From assembly GCA_032718475.1 (NCBI GenBank), contig JAUCBJ010006875.1:1-41984 (forward strand): a stretch of DNA of 41,984 bases, written 5' to 3'. The first letter of the stretch is position 1. Every line of letters starts with the position of its first letter. The notes beneath the pieces are model-generated. The model saw only the letters and a program-made list of their open reading frames with translations. It had not been told where the DNA came from and did no database searches. The DNA is from Nemertoderma westbladi. Lineage: Eukaryota > Animalia > Xenacoelomorpha. This document shows positions 1 through 13,511 of the stretch, in pieces. The position numbers were made by a program, and so were the translations under genes.

Positions 1-1147
1 TGTCCTTAGATCATTATAATGATGATGGGGTGATGATAACTCCACCTACTGGCTCCAGAAGTCGAGGAAATCCTGCCAAGTACCTAACTGATCTAGACTT
101 TGCTGATGACTTAGGGGTTTTTTTTTTTTTTTTTTTTACTCAAAAGCCTCCATATATTATAATACTAACAAACAATAATTCGAATATAAAAACGCACCAA
201 AACAAGTACAAATATAACCCACCACCAGCTGATTCAAACTGTTACCTAGCAACAATACAAACAATACAAATTGGTTCAGTACCCATCACCAGTCTGCCAC
301 TCTGCCACTGCCAGTACCAAACAACCTTAGGAGTACTCTCAGAATCATTAGAGGGAGCCCAACGGCTCCTCAGCTCATTAGAACATGCTGCTTCTAGTGT
401 TGGTCTTTTTATTAACTCCAGAAAGACCAAAATTCTGACAGTTAACTTTGAAAGTCCTCAGCAAGTCTCTGATCGGATGAGCATAAGCTCAAAGGATGGT
501 ATGCTTGAGCATGTGGACGACTTCTGTTACCTGGGATCATGGATCCGGACCGGAAGTCAGGTGAGGACCTTCGAATACGTAAGGGATAGGCATGGGCAGC
601 CTTGAATATGCTTTCCAGGATTTGGAAGTCACCGAGAATTAATCTGAAACTTAAGGTCCGATTATTTAGAGCAGCAGTAGTTCCAGTACTCCTCTACGGG
701 TGTCCATGCTGGGCTCTAACTGCTGAGGACACCAAATCTCTGGATGGCACATTCACAAGAATGCTACGCCGGGTTCATTGTGTCAAGTACAATGCACACA
801 TCTCCAACCAGACACTATATAACATTGTAGGTGTCTCATTGGTTCCCCCAAGCTTGACACTAGAACAAAATCGCCTCCGCTTTGCAGGACATTGCTTTCG
901 CCGTGAGGACCAGCCAGTGCATAATCTTGTACTTTGGCAGCCTCATGGAGTGAATAAGCATGGTGGACAGCCCATGACTTTCTTGAGACGCATCTTAAAG
1001 GACACTGGCCTTAAAGATGCGGATGATCTAGCAAATGTCATGGGTGATAGGGAGTTGTGGCGGTGCAATTTTGTTGACAAGCCGGCACAGCATTCTTAAA
1101 AATGCAGCTGCAATGCAGCATGCCGATCCTAGTAGTAGTAGTAGTAG
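1..1147 (+). mobile_element. RTE-like non-LTR retrotransposon 3' part (degenerate RT C-terminus), copy 1, running off the window start
   Basis: LDFADDL RT motif, 'GLFINSRKTKIL', 'VDDFCYLGS', 'KVRLFRAAVVPVLLYG', 'RLRFAGHCFR' in broken frames; ends in (AGT)n tail at 1130-1147. Confidence 0.85.
116..325 (-). mobile_element. Short antisense poly(A)-tailed retro-insertion inside the RTE-like copy
   Basis: T run 118-137; CTTAGG duplicated at 110-115 and 326-331; segment absent from the paralogous copy at about 17530-17545. Confidence 0.75.
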
Positions 1148-2095
1148 GGGCCCCTGGACCCATATCGCAGGGTATTCTGTGTCTGTGGGGTCCATGGTCC
1201 CATATCGCAGGGTATTCTGTGTCTGTGGGGGCCCATGGACCCATATCGCAGGGTATTCTGTGTCTGTGGGGCCCCTGGACCCATATCGCAGGGTATTCTG
1301 TGTCTGTGGGGGCCCATGGACCCCTATCGCAGGGTATTCTGTGTCTGTGGGGGCCCATGGACCCATATCGCAGGGTATTATGTGTCTGTGGGGGCCCATG
1401 GACCCATATCGCAGGGTATTCTGTGTCTGTGGGGGCTCATGGACCCATATCGCAGGGTATTATGTGTCAGTGGGGGCCCATGGACCCATATCGCAGGGTA
1501 TTCTGTGTCTGTGGGGGCCCATGGACCCATATCGCAGGGTATTCTGTGTCTGTGGGGGCCCATGGATCCATATCGCAGGGTATTCTGTGTCTGTGGGGGC
1601 CCATGGACCCATATCGCAGGGTATTCAGTGTCTGTGGGGACCCATGGACCTATATCCCAGGGTATTCTGTGTCTGTGGGGGCCCATGGACCCATATCGCA
1701 GGCTGTTCTATGTGTATGTGGACCCATATCGCAGGGTATTCTGTGTCTGTGGGGCCCATGGTCCCATATCGCAGGGTATTCTGTGTCTTTGGCGCCCATG
1801 GACCCATATCGCAGGGTATTCTGTGTCTGTGGGGCCCATGGACCCATATCCCAGGGTATTCTGTGTCTGTGGGGTCCATGGACCCATATCACAGGGTATT
1901 CTGTGTCTGTGGGGGCCCATGGACCCCTATCGCAGGGTATTCTGTGTCTGTGGGGCCCATGGACCCATATCGCAGGGTATTCTGTGTCTGTGGGGCCCAT
2001 GGACCCATATCGCAGGGTATTCTGTGTCTGTGGGGCCCATGGACCCATATCGCAGGGTATTCTGTGTCTGTGGGGGCCCATGTGGACCCATATCG
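1148..2095. repeat. 40-41 bp minisatellite (GGGGCCCATGGACCCATATCGCAGGGTATTCTGTGTCTGT)
   Basis: Direct tandem periodicity; starts immediately after the LINE (AGT)n tail. Confidence 0.97.
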
Positions 2096-3159
2096 AATCC
2101 TTCGTTTTTACCTACACACACCTTTTCTCCGCTTCCCAATCACCTGTATAATGCTTACATATTACTTAAATAGACGCTTTACCATTATCCGAAACGTAGT
2201 CACTCAAGAAATGGCTGTAATTCTCAAAATGATAAAATGAACTACGGGTTATGTTAGATGAATATATTAATTAGTGTTTGAGTTTTATCAGTTTTATAGT
2301 TTTATCTTAAGCATGACTTTCCCACCCAGTGGGTGTAATCAAAATCAAACGCTTTAGGTAACTGATACCGGCACCACACCAAATTCTTCCGAATCCAAAG
2401 TGCCCACAAGTTCGCACGACCCCCACAACTCTTCTTCAAAATCTTTATAATGTTTTGATATTGAGGGATACTAGATAATGATAGAGATTGAGCGTATATA
2501 TATACTATATCTCAGGTTATAAAGTTACTTATGAGAGAGAGAGTCGACCTTTAAAAATATGCTTCATTTGGGGTCAGGAGGTTGATAACCAACCATATAC
2601 AGTGCCATGGATGCCTCAAACCTACTCACCACAAAACAAATCCCAGGTACTAAGCCAGTGACTGCCTATGTAGCTATTCACTAGAGAGGCACCTGGTCAG
2701 ACCAAACGTAAGAAGCACATAACAATAACACAAGGGCCTCACCAGTCCGCCCTGTTTATTGGGACAAGTTGCTGAATATAGGAGTCCCACTTGGCCGGGG
2801 ATGGGCTGGCATTGTATTACTACTGGTAAAGCAGACAATACCTTCAGTTCAAAATGGACAATGAAATCGTGATTGACGTATATCCAAATGATTTGCTTGT
2901 GGTAGTGGGGGCATGAGGATGAGAGTATGAACGGATAGAATTAAATGGGCCACCTTGACTGATAGCCTGGCAGCTTAGTTGTTGCACTAAGTACAGGTCG
3001 GCCTTAATTGCTTACTTTAATTGGATTACAGGTCAAGTTTGAATCCGAGGCATTTGGCGTGACTAATTAACGACAAACACAGCTGAGAGCCATTGCACTC
3101 CAGACAAACGCATTAATTATTATTACTATTCGTATTTAATACTATATTTCTTTTTTTTA

Positions 3160-4431
3160 TGTGGGGCGAGCCACGAAGTTGGCGGAGCCTTAGCGAATTG
3201 ACACTGTTAGGGGGTGGGTCAATTTATGCAAATAGTTGTCGTCGTCGTCGTCGTCGTCGTTGTCGTCGTCGTCGTTGTCGTCGTCGTCGTTGTCGTCGTC
3301 GTTACGATTTTGACATGCTAATAACTTTGTCGGATTTAAAGCTGCCAAGTTGAAAATTTGTAGGTATCAATATGAGCAAAAGTTGAGATTTTTGAGAGAC
3401 TTTCAGACACCATCAGTGCAATGGTCTCCCGCTAGAGGGCCACATGTCTAAACATTAAATGGCCACCCATTTCTTTGCTTTTAATCCGTTTAAGCTGAAA
3501 CTTGGGAAGTATGTACTAGACCATTAGCTGTAAATTTCAAAGGAGGCTAATCTGTCTGCAGTTCTCCAGTCTGCCGCTAGAGGGCGAAATGTCCCGAATG
3601 TGAAATTATTCTTCCATTTAGTTGTTTATGATCTGATTACGCTGAAACTTGTCATATATGTACTAGATGACATCCTGAGTCTTTGTGTGGATTGTAATCG
3701 GTCCGAAGTTTTCCAGTCTCCCGCTAGAGGGCCACATGTCTAAACATTAAATGGCCACCCATTTCTTTGCTTTTAATCCGTTTAAGCTGAAACTTGGGAA
3801 GTATGTACTAGACCATTAGCTGTAAATTTCAAAGGAGGCTAATCTGTCTGCAGTTCTCCAGTCTGCCGCTAGAGGGCGAAATGTCCCGAATGTGAAATTA
3901 TTCTTCCATTTAGTTGTTTATGATCTGATTACGCTGAAACTTGTCATATATGTACTAGAAGACATCCTGAGTCTTTGTGTGGATTGTAATCGGTCCGAAG
4001 TTTTCGAGTCTGCCGCTAGAGGGCGAAATGTAGGAAAGTGATAACCTTTGCGAATTCCTTGATCTTAATCTATTTAAGCTGAATTTTGGAATATACAGTA
4101 CCGGTATGTACTAGACCACATGCCTCGTCTTTGTGAGGAAGGTGATCGATCCGTAGTTCTTTAATATGCCGCTAGAGGGCTAAATGTATGAAAGTGAAAA
4201 CCTTCCAACATTTCGTTATTTATGATCCGTCAATCGGAAACTTGGTAGATATGTAATAGACCATAGGATGTGGCTTTGTAGGGAAACTAATCCTTCCTTC
4301 TTCAGTTACCCAGTCTCCCGCTAGAGGGTTAACGTTTTCCGGGAAAATCTTCTCCTATGTTTTTATAATCCTTTCGAGTTGATACTTAGCATTAACTCAT
4401 TTCACGTGCTGCGCGAAGGCCCCACTTCGTG
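3160..4431 (+). mobile_element. Non-autonomous Helentron/HINE-like element with internal ~146-bp tandem repeats
   Basis: Starts after a T run; short inverted motifs GTGGGGC (3161-3167)/GCCCCAC (4419-4425) and CACGAAGT (3172-3179)/ACTTCGTG (4424-4431); (GTC)n microsatellite about 3235-3303; then 145-156 bp repeats with a near-perfect 292-bp dimer duplication. Family assignment is by architecture only. Confidence 0.55.
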
Positions 4432-4718
4432 TTATATCAGTTATTCTCCTTTTCAGTGATTAAATCCTTATGTTATTTATTAGAGATTATATTCATGACA
4501 ATAATATAAGTTTAATTATTTATAAGTTCAAAAACAGATTATGACTTTTTCTAATATGTCCGATTGATCTGTTGATACTAATCCAAACAAGTATATATTT
4601 ATATTTAGGAGAAATACGTAAAAATTATTTATTCGCAGTCGTTGTTAAGATCGGATGTCCGTTTATTCAACACCTATCCACGTACACCTAGAGTAGTAAA
4701 CCAATTCGAAAGAAGCCT

Positions 4719-5058
4719 CCATAGTAATAGTAACCATAGTAATAGTAACCATAGTAATAGTAACCATAGTAATAGTAACCATAGTAATAGTAACCATAGT
4801 AATAGTAACCATAGTAATAGTAATCATAGTAATAGTAACCATAGTAATAGTAACCATAGTAATAGTAACCATAGTAATAGTAACCATAGTAATAGTAACC
4901 ATAGTAATAGTAACCATAGTAATAGTAACCATAGTAATAGTAACCATAGTAATAGTAACCATAGTAATAGTAACCATAGTAATAGTAACCATAGTAATAG
5001 TAACCATAGTAATAGTAACCATAGTAATAGTAACCATAGTAATAGTAACCATAGTAAT
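4719..5058. repeat. 15-bp minisatellite (CCATAGTAATAGTAA)
   Basis: About 22 near-perfect tandem units. Confidence 0.97.
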
Positions 5059-5340
5059 CTCCATATAGAAGTAAAAGCTATAGAAGTGAGGATTCATCGG
5101 ACCAGTAAGAAAATGTTTAACATTAACGCTAAATATAATTATATATTCACTGTCAAATAAACTGCTTTATTTATTTATTTGATATGCACGTACGCTGTAC
5201 AATGTAGGGCCAACTGTAATTACCTACAAACTACAACACAATCAAGTCCATTTAGAAATTCAACCATATAATAATAATTAATATATCTTTATAACAACTT
5301 AAATGGAGTGCAATAAATGGGTGGCCTGAAATTAAGAGAC

Positions 5341-5600
5341 GGGGGGGGGGGGGGGGGGGACTGGACGCAAATCCCTTCTTGGCTAATTAATATCCCGCCT
5401 CAATGTTAAATTCTCAATTTAGGGAAAGGAGCAGGTTACAGTGGCACGTTATTTTAACCAAAACAATAAACTAAGCACAATAGAACAGGTTACAGTTTTA
5501 TTTTTCAGAGTATTCATCTGTTATTTGCGTCCAATTTCCCCTGGAGAGGGATGAATTCTTATTGCGTCCAGTTGCCCCCCCCCCCCCCCCCCCCCCCCCC
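5341..5600. mobile_element. Possible MITE-like inverted-repeat element
   Basis: Poly-G + ACTGGACGCAA (5341-5370) mirrored by TTGCGTCCAGT + poly-C (5562-5600); extra TTGCGTCCA near 5526; no TSD identified. Confidence 0.4.
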
Positions 5601-6090
5601 ATCTGGAAATAAATGACCAATATTCAAAATATTTTATGTACAGAACCAAATGTATAAACATTGGCTACAAAGTACGAAATGTAATAAGTTACACAGATAT
5701 ATTATTATTAAAAAACCAAAATCACCATCGTAAATAATTATTGACAAAATACGATCAACAAAAGGCATTCAATGGCCCAAAAACAAAAATATAAACAACA
5801 CCACCGATATTATATATTACCGAACGTACCAATAATGTCTCGACAACATCATAATCATAAAATTGCAAAACATAAGGCATCAATAATTTCTCATCAATAC
5901 AATATTTGTGAATAATAATATGTGCGCGGTGTACATCAATACATAATAATAGTGAGGGAGTGGATGCGTGTAAATCTACAATGGCCATTGGATTATTTCT
6001 ATGAATCACTATTTACAGATTCACAAACTTTAAACAAACCGGTACTAAATAAACCGACTGTCTATAAATAGGTCCCTGAACAGGAGTCTA

Positions 6091-7077
6091 CTAAAGACTT
6101 AGAAGTCGTTTTGCTGCAGATTCAGACACGTTTAGCTTTGTGCAGATTGAGTGGCGGGATTTTATGTGGCGATCTAAGTCTCTACGCCTTACCAATACTT
6201 TCCCACACTGTTTGCACTTGTAGGGGGCGTCGTCCCCTTCAGCATGCAACCGTATGTGCTTATTGAGATTGGACGGGTCTCCAAATGGTCTATCACATAC
6301 TTTGCATTTCAGTGGCTTGAAGCCGGTGTGAGTGCGCAGATGGATCTTTAAGCCGTATCTTCGTGAATATAACTTCCCGCAGTAGGGGCACAAGTGTTTA
6401 TTTTTCTCGGAGTAACGGAGGGCAGCGCGTTCGACCATATCCGGGTCTACAGTTGGTAAAAGGAGCGGAGGTGGAGGTTGTACTGGACGGCTTAGTTGGC
6501 TGTACAAAAGCTGCTGGGAAAATCTTGGTTGGGCCTGCTGGACACGCATCATCGCGGATTGGAGATTAACTATGTCGTCTATAACAGGTATGCGGGTGAA
6601 CATTCGGTCACCATGTGGTGTCTGGGTTGAAGGACTCGATTTCGTGATCCTGGAAGACTCCGGAGATTGTTCTAATAATTCCGTTGATCGTTGCGATGAC
6701 AACGAGGAGTTAATGGATGAACTGATGGATAGTGGGGACGGCACAGTTCCGAGAATACTGTCAATGCTGAAACTACTAAGTTTTTTAGGGGTATTATCAG
6801 CGGCTTCGACACAAGAAGAAGGTGAAGTATTAGAAGTAGCTTTAGATTGTTTTTGGACTTCGTCATTTGGATGTCGGATGGGAAGTGAGGGGTGGATAAA
6901 TGGTCGTTGTAGCCATGGCAAGGAGCTAAGGCCAGTAGGTATAATAGGAAGTTGAGTAAGACACGCAACCTTGGTTTGATGTGCCCCGAGGGGGGACGGA
7001 TTTTCCATGAGTTGCAGGGAACGCTGCATCATCAAGAAGCGAAGTTGATCGTTCGTTGGGAAGGCCCCGAATGCCAT
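6091..7077 (-). CDS. prdm13: PRDM13-like C2H2 zinc-finger transcription factor, 328 aa, no PR/SET domain, with eh1 motif
   Basis: C-terminal 'HLCPYCGKLYSRRYGLKIHLRTHTGFKPLKCKVCDRPFGDPSNLNKHIRLHAEG..YKCKQCGKVLVRRRDLDRHIKSRH' closely matches the three terminal fingers of PRDM13 as I recall them. First ATG at 7077, TAG at 6093-6091. FSIDSIL at 6771-6751. Confidence 0.85.
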   Translation of the reverse strand: MAFGAFPTNDQLRFLMMQRSLQLMENPSPLGAHQTKVACLTQLPIIPTGLSSLPWLQRPFIHPSLPIRHPNDEVQKQSKATSNTSPSSCVEAADNTPKKLSSFSIDSILGTVPSPLSISSSINSSLSSQRSTELLEQSPESSRITKSSPSTQTPHGDRMFTRIPVIDDIVNLQSAMMRVQQAQPRFSQQLLYSQLSRPVQPPPPLLLPTVDPDMVERAALRYSEKNKHLCPYCGKLYSRRYGLKIHLRTHTGFKPLKCKVCDRPFGDPSNLNKHIRLHAEGDDAPYKCKQCGKVLVRRRDLDRHIKSRHSICTKLNVSESAAKRLLSL

Positions 7078-7119
7078 AAAGCTGATCTTTATCACACCAG
7101 AACTTTGCTTGTTGAAAGC

Positions 7120-7726
7120 CTAGAATCACAAAAGTATTAACTGAAAAAGTGACATACATAAAAAGCACATATAATAAATAAATTGTTTGGGTGGTATGTG
7201 GAGTGACTGTTGATCTAGGTTTCACGGTTCCCCTTCTTCCCGCAGTTTTGTGAGTTTTAGTGGGTTTAATACCACTACTGAGCTACGGAAGCTATCGGGT
7301 AACAGAAATAACTTGCTCGCTATGGGCTGGACTATTAAATTGTTTACCTTTGTTAGTAACTCAAATGGAAGCTAGCGTTACCATTATATTATATTTTAAA
7401 ATAAATATTATAAACTTGGAACAAATATATTTATTTCCATTGCGTCCCACAGCCGTGGTCTGGTCATCCCATATAAACTTAAATCCAATGTAAAATACAT
7501 ACAGAATACAGTTAATGTAAAAAATATATTATGTACTAGTATATTTAAATACTTTAACTAATTATCGTTTTTTAGTATCTTACCATCCCCCTAAAATGTG
7601 TACAATTTACAGTTATTATTCCAACTTGTAAAAATGTATTTACATTTACTTTGTTACACTGTATACAAAAATGTATTAGTAGACAAGCTGAAGTGTTTTA
7701 AATTATATATTGAAAGGTAAACTCAC
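7120..7726 (-). other. 5'UTR intron of the prdm13-like gene
   Basis: Minus-strand donor AAG|GTGAGT (7727|7726) and acceptor ttttgtgattctAG|G (7120|7119); upstream exon has an in-frame TAA, so it is non-coding. Confidence 0.65.
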
Positions 7727-7859
7727 CTTTATATAAGTTATAGTAATAAATTAGTTGACAATATTTCCCCACAAGGTAATTGTCCGACAGCTCGAGGTAT
7801 TTTTACATGTAAATAGTATATAGGATTATTGAATGATGCTCTACTCGAAAAAGTATAGA

Positions 7860-7960
7860 ACTTATCTATGCCCTCCCTCTCTCTCCGCCTTATATAATAT
7901 CAGAAAATCGAACCAATCAGGAGAGACACTCACAGAACTACGCATCGCCCTATTGGTTGC
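7860..7960 (-). promoter_or_regulatory. Core promoter of the prdm13-like gene (TATA plus two CCAAT boxes)
   Basis: TATATAAG on minus at 7896-7889; CCAAT at 7913-7917 (+) and 7956-7952 (-); predicted start near 7860, upstream of the strong donor at 7726. Confidence 0.6.
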
Positions 7961-8365
7961 TTGTCAACGACTAACAATCTATGGGCAGATATGATAGCCA
8001 TTCACCCTTCATTAAAGTAATTGACAGTTGATGAGAATGTTGATTGACGTTGTAACGGGAGGTGATTCGTAGAGTAAAGGAACTGGTACCCACATTCTTG
8101 ATGGTCTCACAAAGGCCTCATGTTGAGCTGGAAGTATTCCGTTATAATATTCCCAGAATAGGGCCCTCACCAGTCGGGTTGGGTGGGGCAATGACAATAG
8201 AGGGGGTGGCCCTTGCGCTGCTAGCTGGGAGTTCCATACTCGTTGGAGTTTGTAAGTGGTCTATGGAATTGACAATTGAATAGTAAGGGAGAGCCTTTCG
8301 TCACTTATCTTTGCAGGTTTTTGATGTTTTGTAACATCAGCCAACAACTTCAGGGTGGCAAAGTT

Positions 8366-8673
8366 AATTAATCATATAGCAGGGAATTAATCATATAGCA
8401 GGGAATTAATCATATAGCAGGGAATTAATCATATAGCAGGGAATTAATCATATAGCAGATAATTAATCATATAGCAGGGAATTAATCATATAGCAGGGAA
8501 TTAATCATATAGCAGGGAATTAATCATATAGCAGGGAATTAATCATATAGCAGGGAATTAATCATATAGCAGGGAATTAATCATATAGCAGGGAATTAAT
8601 CATATAGCAGGGAATTAATCATATAGCAGGGAATTAATCATATAGCAGGGAATTAATCATATAGCAGGGAATT
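8366..8673. repeat. 19-bp minisatellite (AATTAATCATATAGCAGGG)
   Basis: About 16 near-identical units, ~0.5 kb upstream of the predicted transcription start. Confidence 0.97.
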
Positions 8674-9867
8674 TGATTTTGATATAGTTGAATTTTATGC
8701 AACGAATCATATTGCAGCATCCTGGTATTATTATTCCAGGTACACCGAAATGTGCCGGTATTTATATATTAATTAAAACGATTAATTTAAATAAATAAAA
8801 TAAAAAACACACAATAGAGTGCGCACCTGTAAATATTAATATATGCCTTCAAGGAATCTTAATCTAGTATAATAAATGCAGTAAGACACTAAAAGGGTCT
8901 ACCATATACCAATTCTACTGTTGCCCGCATTAAACCTACATCACAGATGGTGTGATTCAAAGTAAAATATTCGCACTCAAGTAAACATGCTATCTATCAA
9001 TAAGAATACATGGTAGACTATGGGACGTGCATCTTGCGTCTGGCATCTTGCATCTTGCAGCTCTAGTGTGCGGCGGGCCTTAAAAGGTTCGAAAAAAAAA
9101 GTTTCGATTTCGATTTATGCCAATCAGAGCATCCCATTCCTAGAAGACCCTGAATATCGTATATATATGTATCCCACTGTATATCGGCCCTTCAAGAGTG
9201 TAGAGACAAGGGTACGTCGGATGTTTCTTGAAAGGATGGAGAAGTCTCGTAGAGTTGTAACCATGGTTACTATTAGCCATTAGCCAATCGGATCATCCTA
9301 TTCCTAGACACCCGGGGAAACTGAATCACGACTCTAACACAGTACAGAGACTATGGAGTGGGATGTCCCTAGCGATAATGAAAAAGTTTTGATTTTAAAT
9401 TAGTCCAGTTTTATCGAGGTTTAGTTTCAGCCAATTAGAGCCTTGACCACCTAAATCTGAAAATTTTCAATTAAGAGTGACGTTAGATTTAGGGTCTAAA
9501 CGCGTGTTAAAAAATATGGAAAATCGTTAGAGCCATTTTAAATTTGATAATCTTCAGTACTTACTTAATAAGCACAGATTAATTTCCGGGTTGACTTGTT
9601 TCTGATTTTATTTTTATTTCACTTATTATTTAGGCTATACATTAAAGCTTAGATCCTGCTCAATTTCATTATATTAACATTTGAATTTCATATTTATTTC
9701 TTATTAAAACAATAAAAGTTACGTTTGTAACTTAGTACGTACAAGTTAGTACATACAAGTTAAGTTTAGGTTAGGTTGCAAAACTCATGAAGTCCAACAA
9801 AATATTTAATTAGTTACTAATTAATTAATTATTTATTAATTCTGCACTTTTATAGATGCTAAAGCTA

Positions 9868-12800
9868 AACAACAAATAAACTCTGTCTGCACGGAATCCA
9901 AATGGAACAACAACAAATAAACTCTGTCTGCATGGAATCCCAATGGAACAACAACAAATAAACTCTGTCTGCACGGAATCCCAATGGAACAACAACAAAT
10001 AAACTCTGTCTGCATGGAATCCCAAGGGAACAACAACAAATAAACTCTGTCTGCACGGAATCCAAATGGAACAACAACAAATAAACTCTGTCTGCATGGA
10101 ATCCCAATGGAACAACAACAAATAAACTCTGTCTTCACGGAATCCAAGTGGAACAACAACAAATAAACTCTGTCTGCACGGAATCCAAATGGAACAACAA
10201 CAAATAAACTCTGTCTGCACGGAATCCAAATGGAACAACAACAAATAAACTCTGTCTGCATGGAATCCCAATGGAACAACAACAAATAAACTCTGTCTGC
10301 ATGGAATCCCAATGGAACAACAACAAATAAACTCTGTCTGCACGGAATCCAAATGGAACAACAACAAATAAACTCTGTCTGCACGGAATCCAAATGGAAC
10401 AACAACAAATAAACTCTGTCTGCACGGAATCCAAATGGAACAACAACAAATAAACTCTGTCTGCATGGAATCCAATTGGAACAACAACAAATAAACTCTG
10501 CCTGCACGGAATCCAAATGGAACAACAACAAATAAACTCTGTCTGCACGGAATCCCAATGGAACAACAACAAATAAACTCTGTCTGCACGGAATCCAATT
10601 GGAACAACAACAAATAAACTCTGTCTGCACGGAATCCCAATGGAACAACAACAAATAAACTCTGTCTGCACGGAATCCAATTGGAACAACAACAAATAAA
10701 CTCTGTCTGCACGGAATCCAAATGGAACAACAACAAATAAACTCTGTCTGCACGGAATCCAAATGGAACAACAACAAATAAACTCTGTCTGCATGGAATC
10801 CAATTGGAACAACAACAAATAAACTCTGCCTGCACGGAATCCAAATGGAACAACAACAAATAAACTCTGTCTGCACGGAATCCCAATGGAACAACAACAA
10901 ATAAACTCTGTCTGCACGGAATCCAATTGGAACAACAACAAATAAACTCTGTCTGCACGGAATCCCAATGGAACAACAACAAATAAACTCTGTCTGCACG
11001 GAATCCAATTGGAACAACAACAAATAAACTCTGTCTGCACGGAATCCAAATGGAACAACAACAAATAAACTCTGTCTGCATGGAATCCCAATGGAACAAC
11101 AACAAATAAACTCTGTCTGCATGGAATCCCAATGGAACAACAACAAATAAACTCTGTCTGCACGGAATCCCAATGGAACAACAACAAATAAACTCTGTCT
11201 GCACGGAATCCCAATGGAACAACAACAAATAAACTCTGTCTGCACGGAATCCCAATGGAACAACAACAAATAAACTCTGTCTGCACGGAATCCCAATGGA
11301 ACAACAACAAATAAACTCTGTCTGCACGGAATCCCAATGGAAAAACAACAAATAAACTCTGTCTGCACGGAATCCCAATGGAACAACAACAAATAAACTC
11401 TGTCTGCACGGAATACCAATGGAACAACAACAAATAAACTCTGTCTGCACGGAATCCCAATGGAACAACAACAAATAAACTCTGTCTGCACGGAATCCCA
11501 ATGGAACAACAACAAATAAACTCTGTCTGCACGGAATCCAAATGAAACTCTGTCTGCACGGAATCCAATTGGAACAACAACAAATAAACTCTGTCTGCAC
11601 GGAATCCCAATGGAACAACAACAAATAAACTCTGCCTGCACGGAATCCAAATGGAACAACAACAAATAAACTCTGTCTGCATGGAATCCCAATGGAACAA
11701 CAACAAATAAACTCTGTCTGCACGGAATCCCAATGGAACAACAACAAATAAACTCTGTCTGCACGGAATCCAAATGGAACAACAACAAATAAACTCTGTC
11801 CGCACGGAATCCAATTGGAACAACAACAAATAAACTCTGTCTGCATGGAATCCCAATGGAACAACAACAAATAAACTCTGTCTGCACGGAATCCAAATGG
11901 AACAACAACAAATAAACTCTGTCTGCACGGAATCCCAATGGAACAACAACAAATAAACTCTGTTTACACGGAATCCAAATGGAATAACAACAAATAAACT
12001 CTGTCTGCATGGAATGCCAATGGAACAACAACAAATAAACTCTGTCTGCATGGAATCCCAATGGAACAACAACAAATAAACTCTGTCTGCACGGAATCCC
12101 AATGGAACAACAACAAATAAACTCTGTCTGCGCGGAATCCCAATCGAACAACAACAAATAAACTCTGTCTGCGCGGAATCCCAATGGAACAACAACAAAT
12201 AAACTCTGTCTGTACGGAATCCAATTGGAACAAAAACAAATAAACTCTGTCCGCACGGAAACCCAATGGAACAACAACAAATAAACTCTGTCTGCACGGA
12301 ATCCAATTGGAACAACAACAAATAAACTCTGTCCGCACGGAATCCCAATGGAACAACAACAAATAAACTCTCTCTGCACGGAATCCCAATGGAACAACAA
12401 CAAATAACATCTGTCTGCACGGAATCCAATTGGAACAACAACAAATAAACTCTGTCTGCACGGAATCCCAATGGAACAACAACAAATAAACTCTGTCTGC
12501 ACGGAATCCAAATGGAACAACAACAAATAAACTCTGTCTGCGCGGAATCCAAATGGAACAACAACAAATAAACTCTGTCTGCATGGAATCCCAATGGAAC
12601 AACAACAAATAAACTCTCTCTGCACGGAATCCAAATGGAACAACAACAAATAAACTCTCTCTGCACGGAATCCAAATGGAACAACAACAAATAAACTCTG
12701 TCCGCACGGAATCCCAATGGAACAACAACAAATAAACTCTGTCTGCACGGAATCCAAATGGAACAACAACAAATAAACTCTGTCTGCACGGAATCCCAAT

Positions 12801-13511
12801 GGAACAACAACAAATAAACTCTCTCTGCACGGAATCCCAATGGAACAACAACAAATAACATCTGTCTGCACGGAATCCAATTGGAACAACAACAAATAAA
12901 CTCTGTCTGCACGGAATCCCAATGGAACAACAACAAATAAATTCTGTCTGCACGGAATCCAAATGTAACAACAACAAATAAACTCTGTCTGCACGGAACC
13001 CAAATGGAACAACAACAATTAAACTCTGTCTGCACGGAATCCAAATAGAACAACAACAAATAAACTCTGTCTGCACGGAATCCAATTGGAACAACAACAA
13101 ATAAACTCTGTCTGCACGGAATCCAAATGGAACAACAACAATTAAACTCTGTCTGCACGGAATCCAAATAGAACAACAACAAATAAACTCTGTCTGCACG
13201 GAATCCAATTTGAACAACAACAAATAAACTCTGTCTGCACGGAATCCAATTGGAAAAACAACAAATAAATTCTGTCTGTACGGAATCCCAATGGAACAAC
13301 AACAATTAAACTCTGTCTGCACGGAATCCAAATAGAACAACAACAAATAAACTCTGTCTGCACGGAATCCAATTTGAACAACAACAAATAAACTCTGTCT
13401 GCACGGAATCCAATTGGAAAAACAACAAATAAATTCTGTCTGTACGGAATCCCAATGGAACAACAACCAATAAACTCTGTTTGCACGGAATCCAATTGGA
13501 ACAACAACAAT
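9868..13511. repeat. 41-bp minisatellite (AACAACAAATAAACTCTGTCTGCACGGAATCCCAATGGAAC)
   Basis: About 89 units; variants CCCAA/CCAAA/CCAAT; more divergent toward the right end. Confidence 0.98.

Noticed and set aside
3159-3353. Arg-rich protamine-like ORF
   Set aside because: Translation of the (GTC)n microsatellite.
9010-9570. Possible further HINE/DINE-like repeat with several CCAAT motifs
   Set aside because: Ends and inverted motifs could not be defined by eye.
9825-13510. ORFs up to 1060 aa here, and similar ORFs at 1028-2240, 4642-5160, 27515-28651, 33304-34715 and 38251-41722
   Set aside because: Translations of stop-free minisatellite units, usually open in several frames or strands; not credible proteins.
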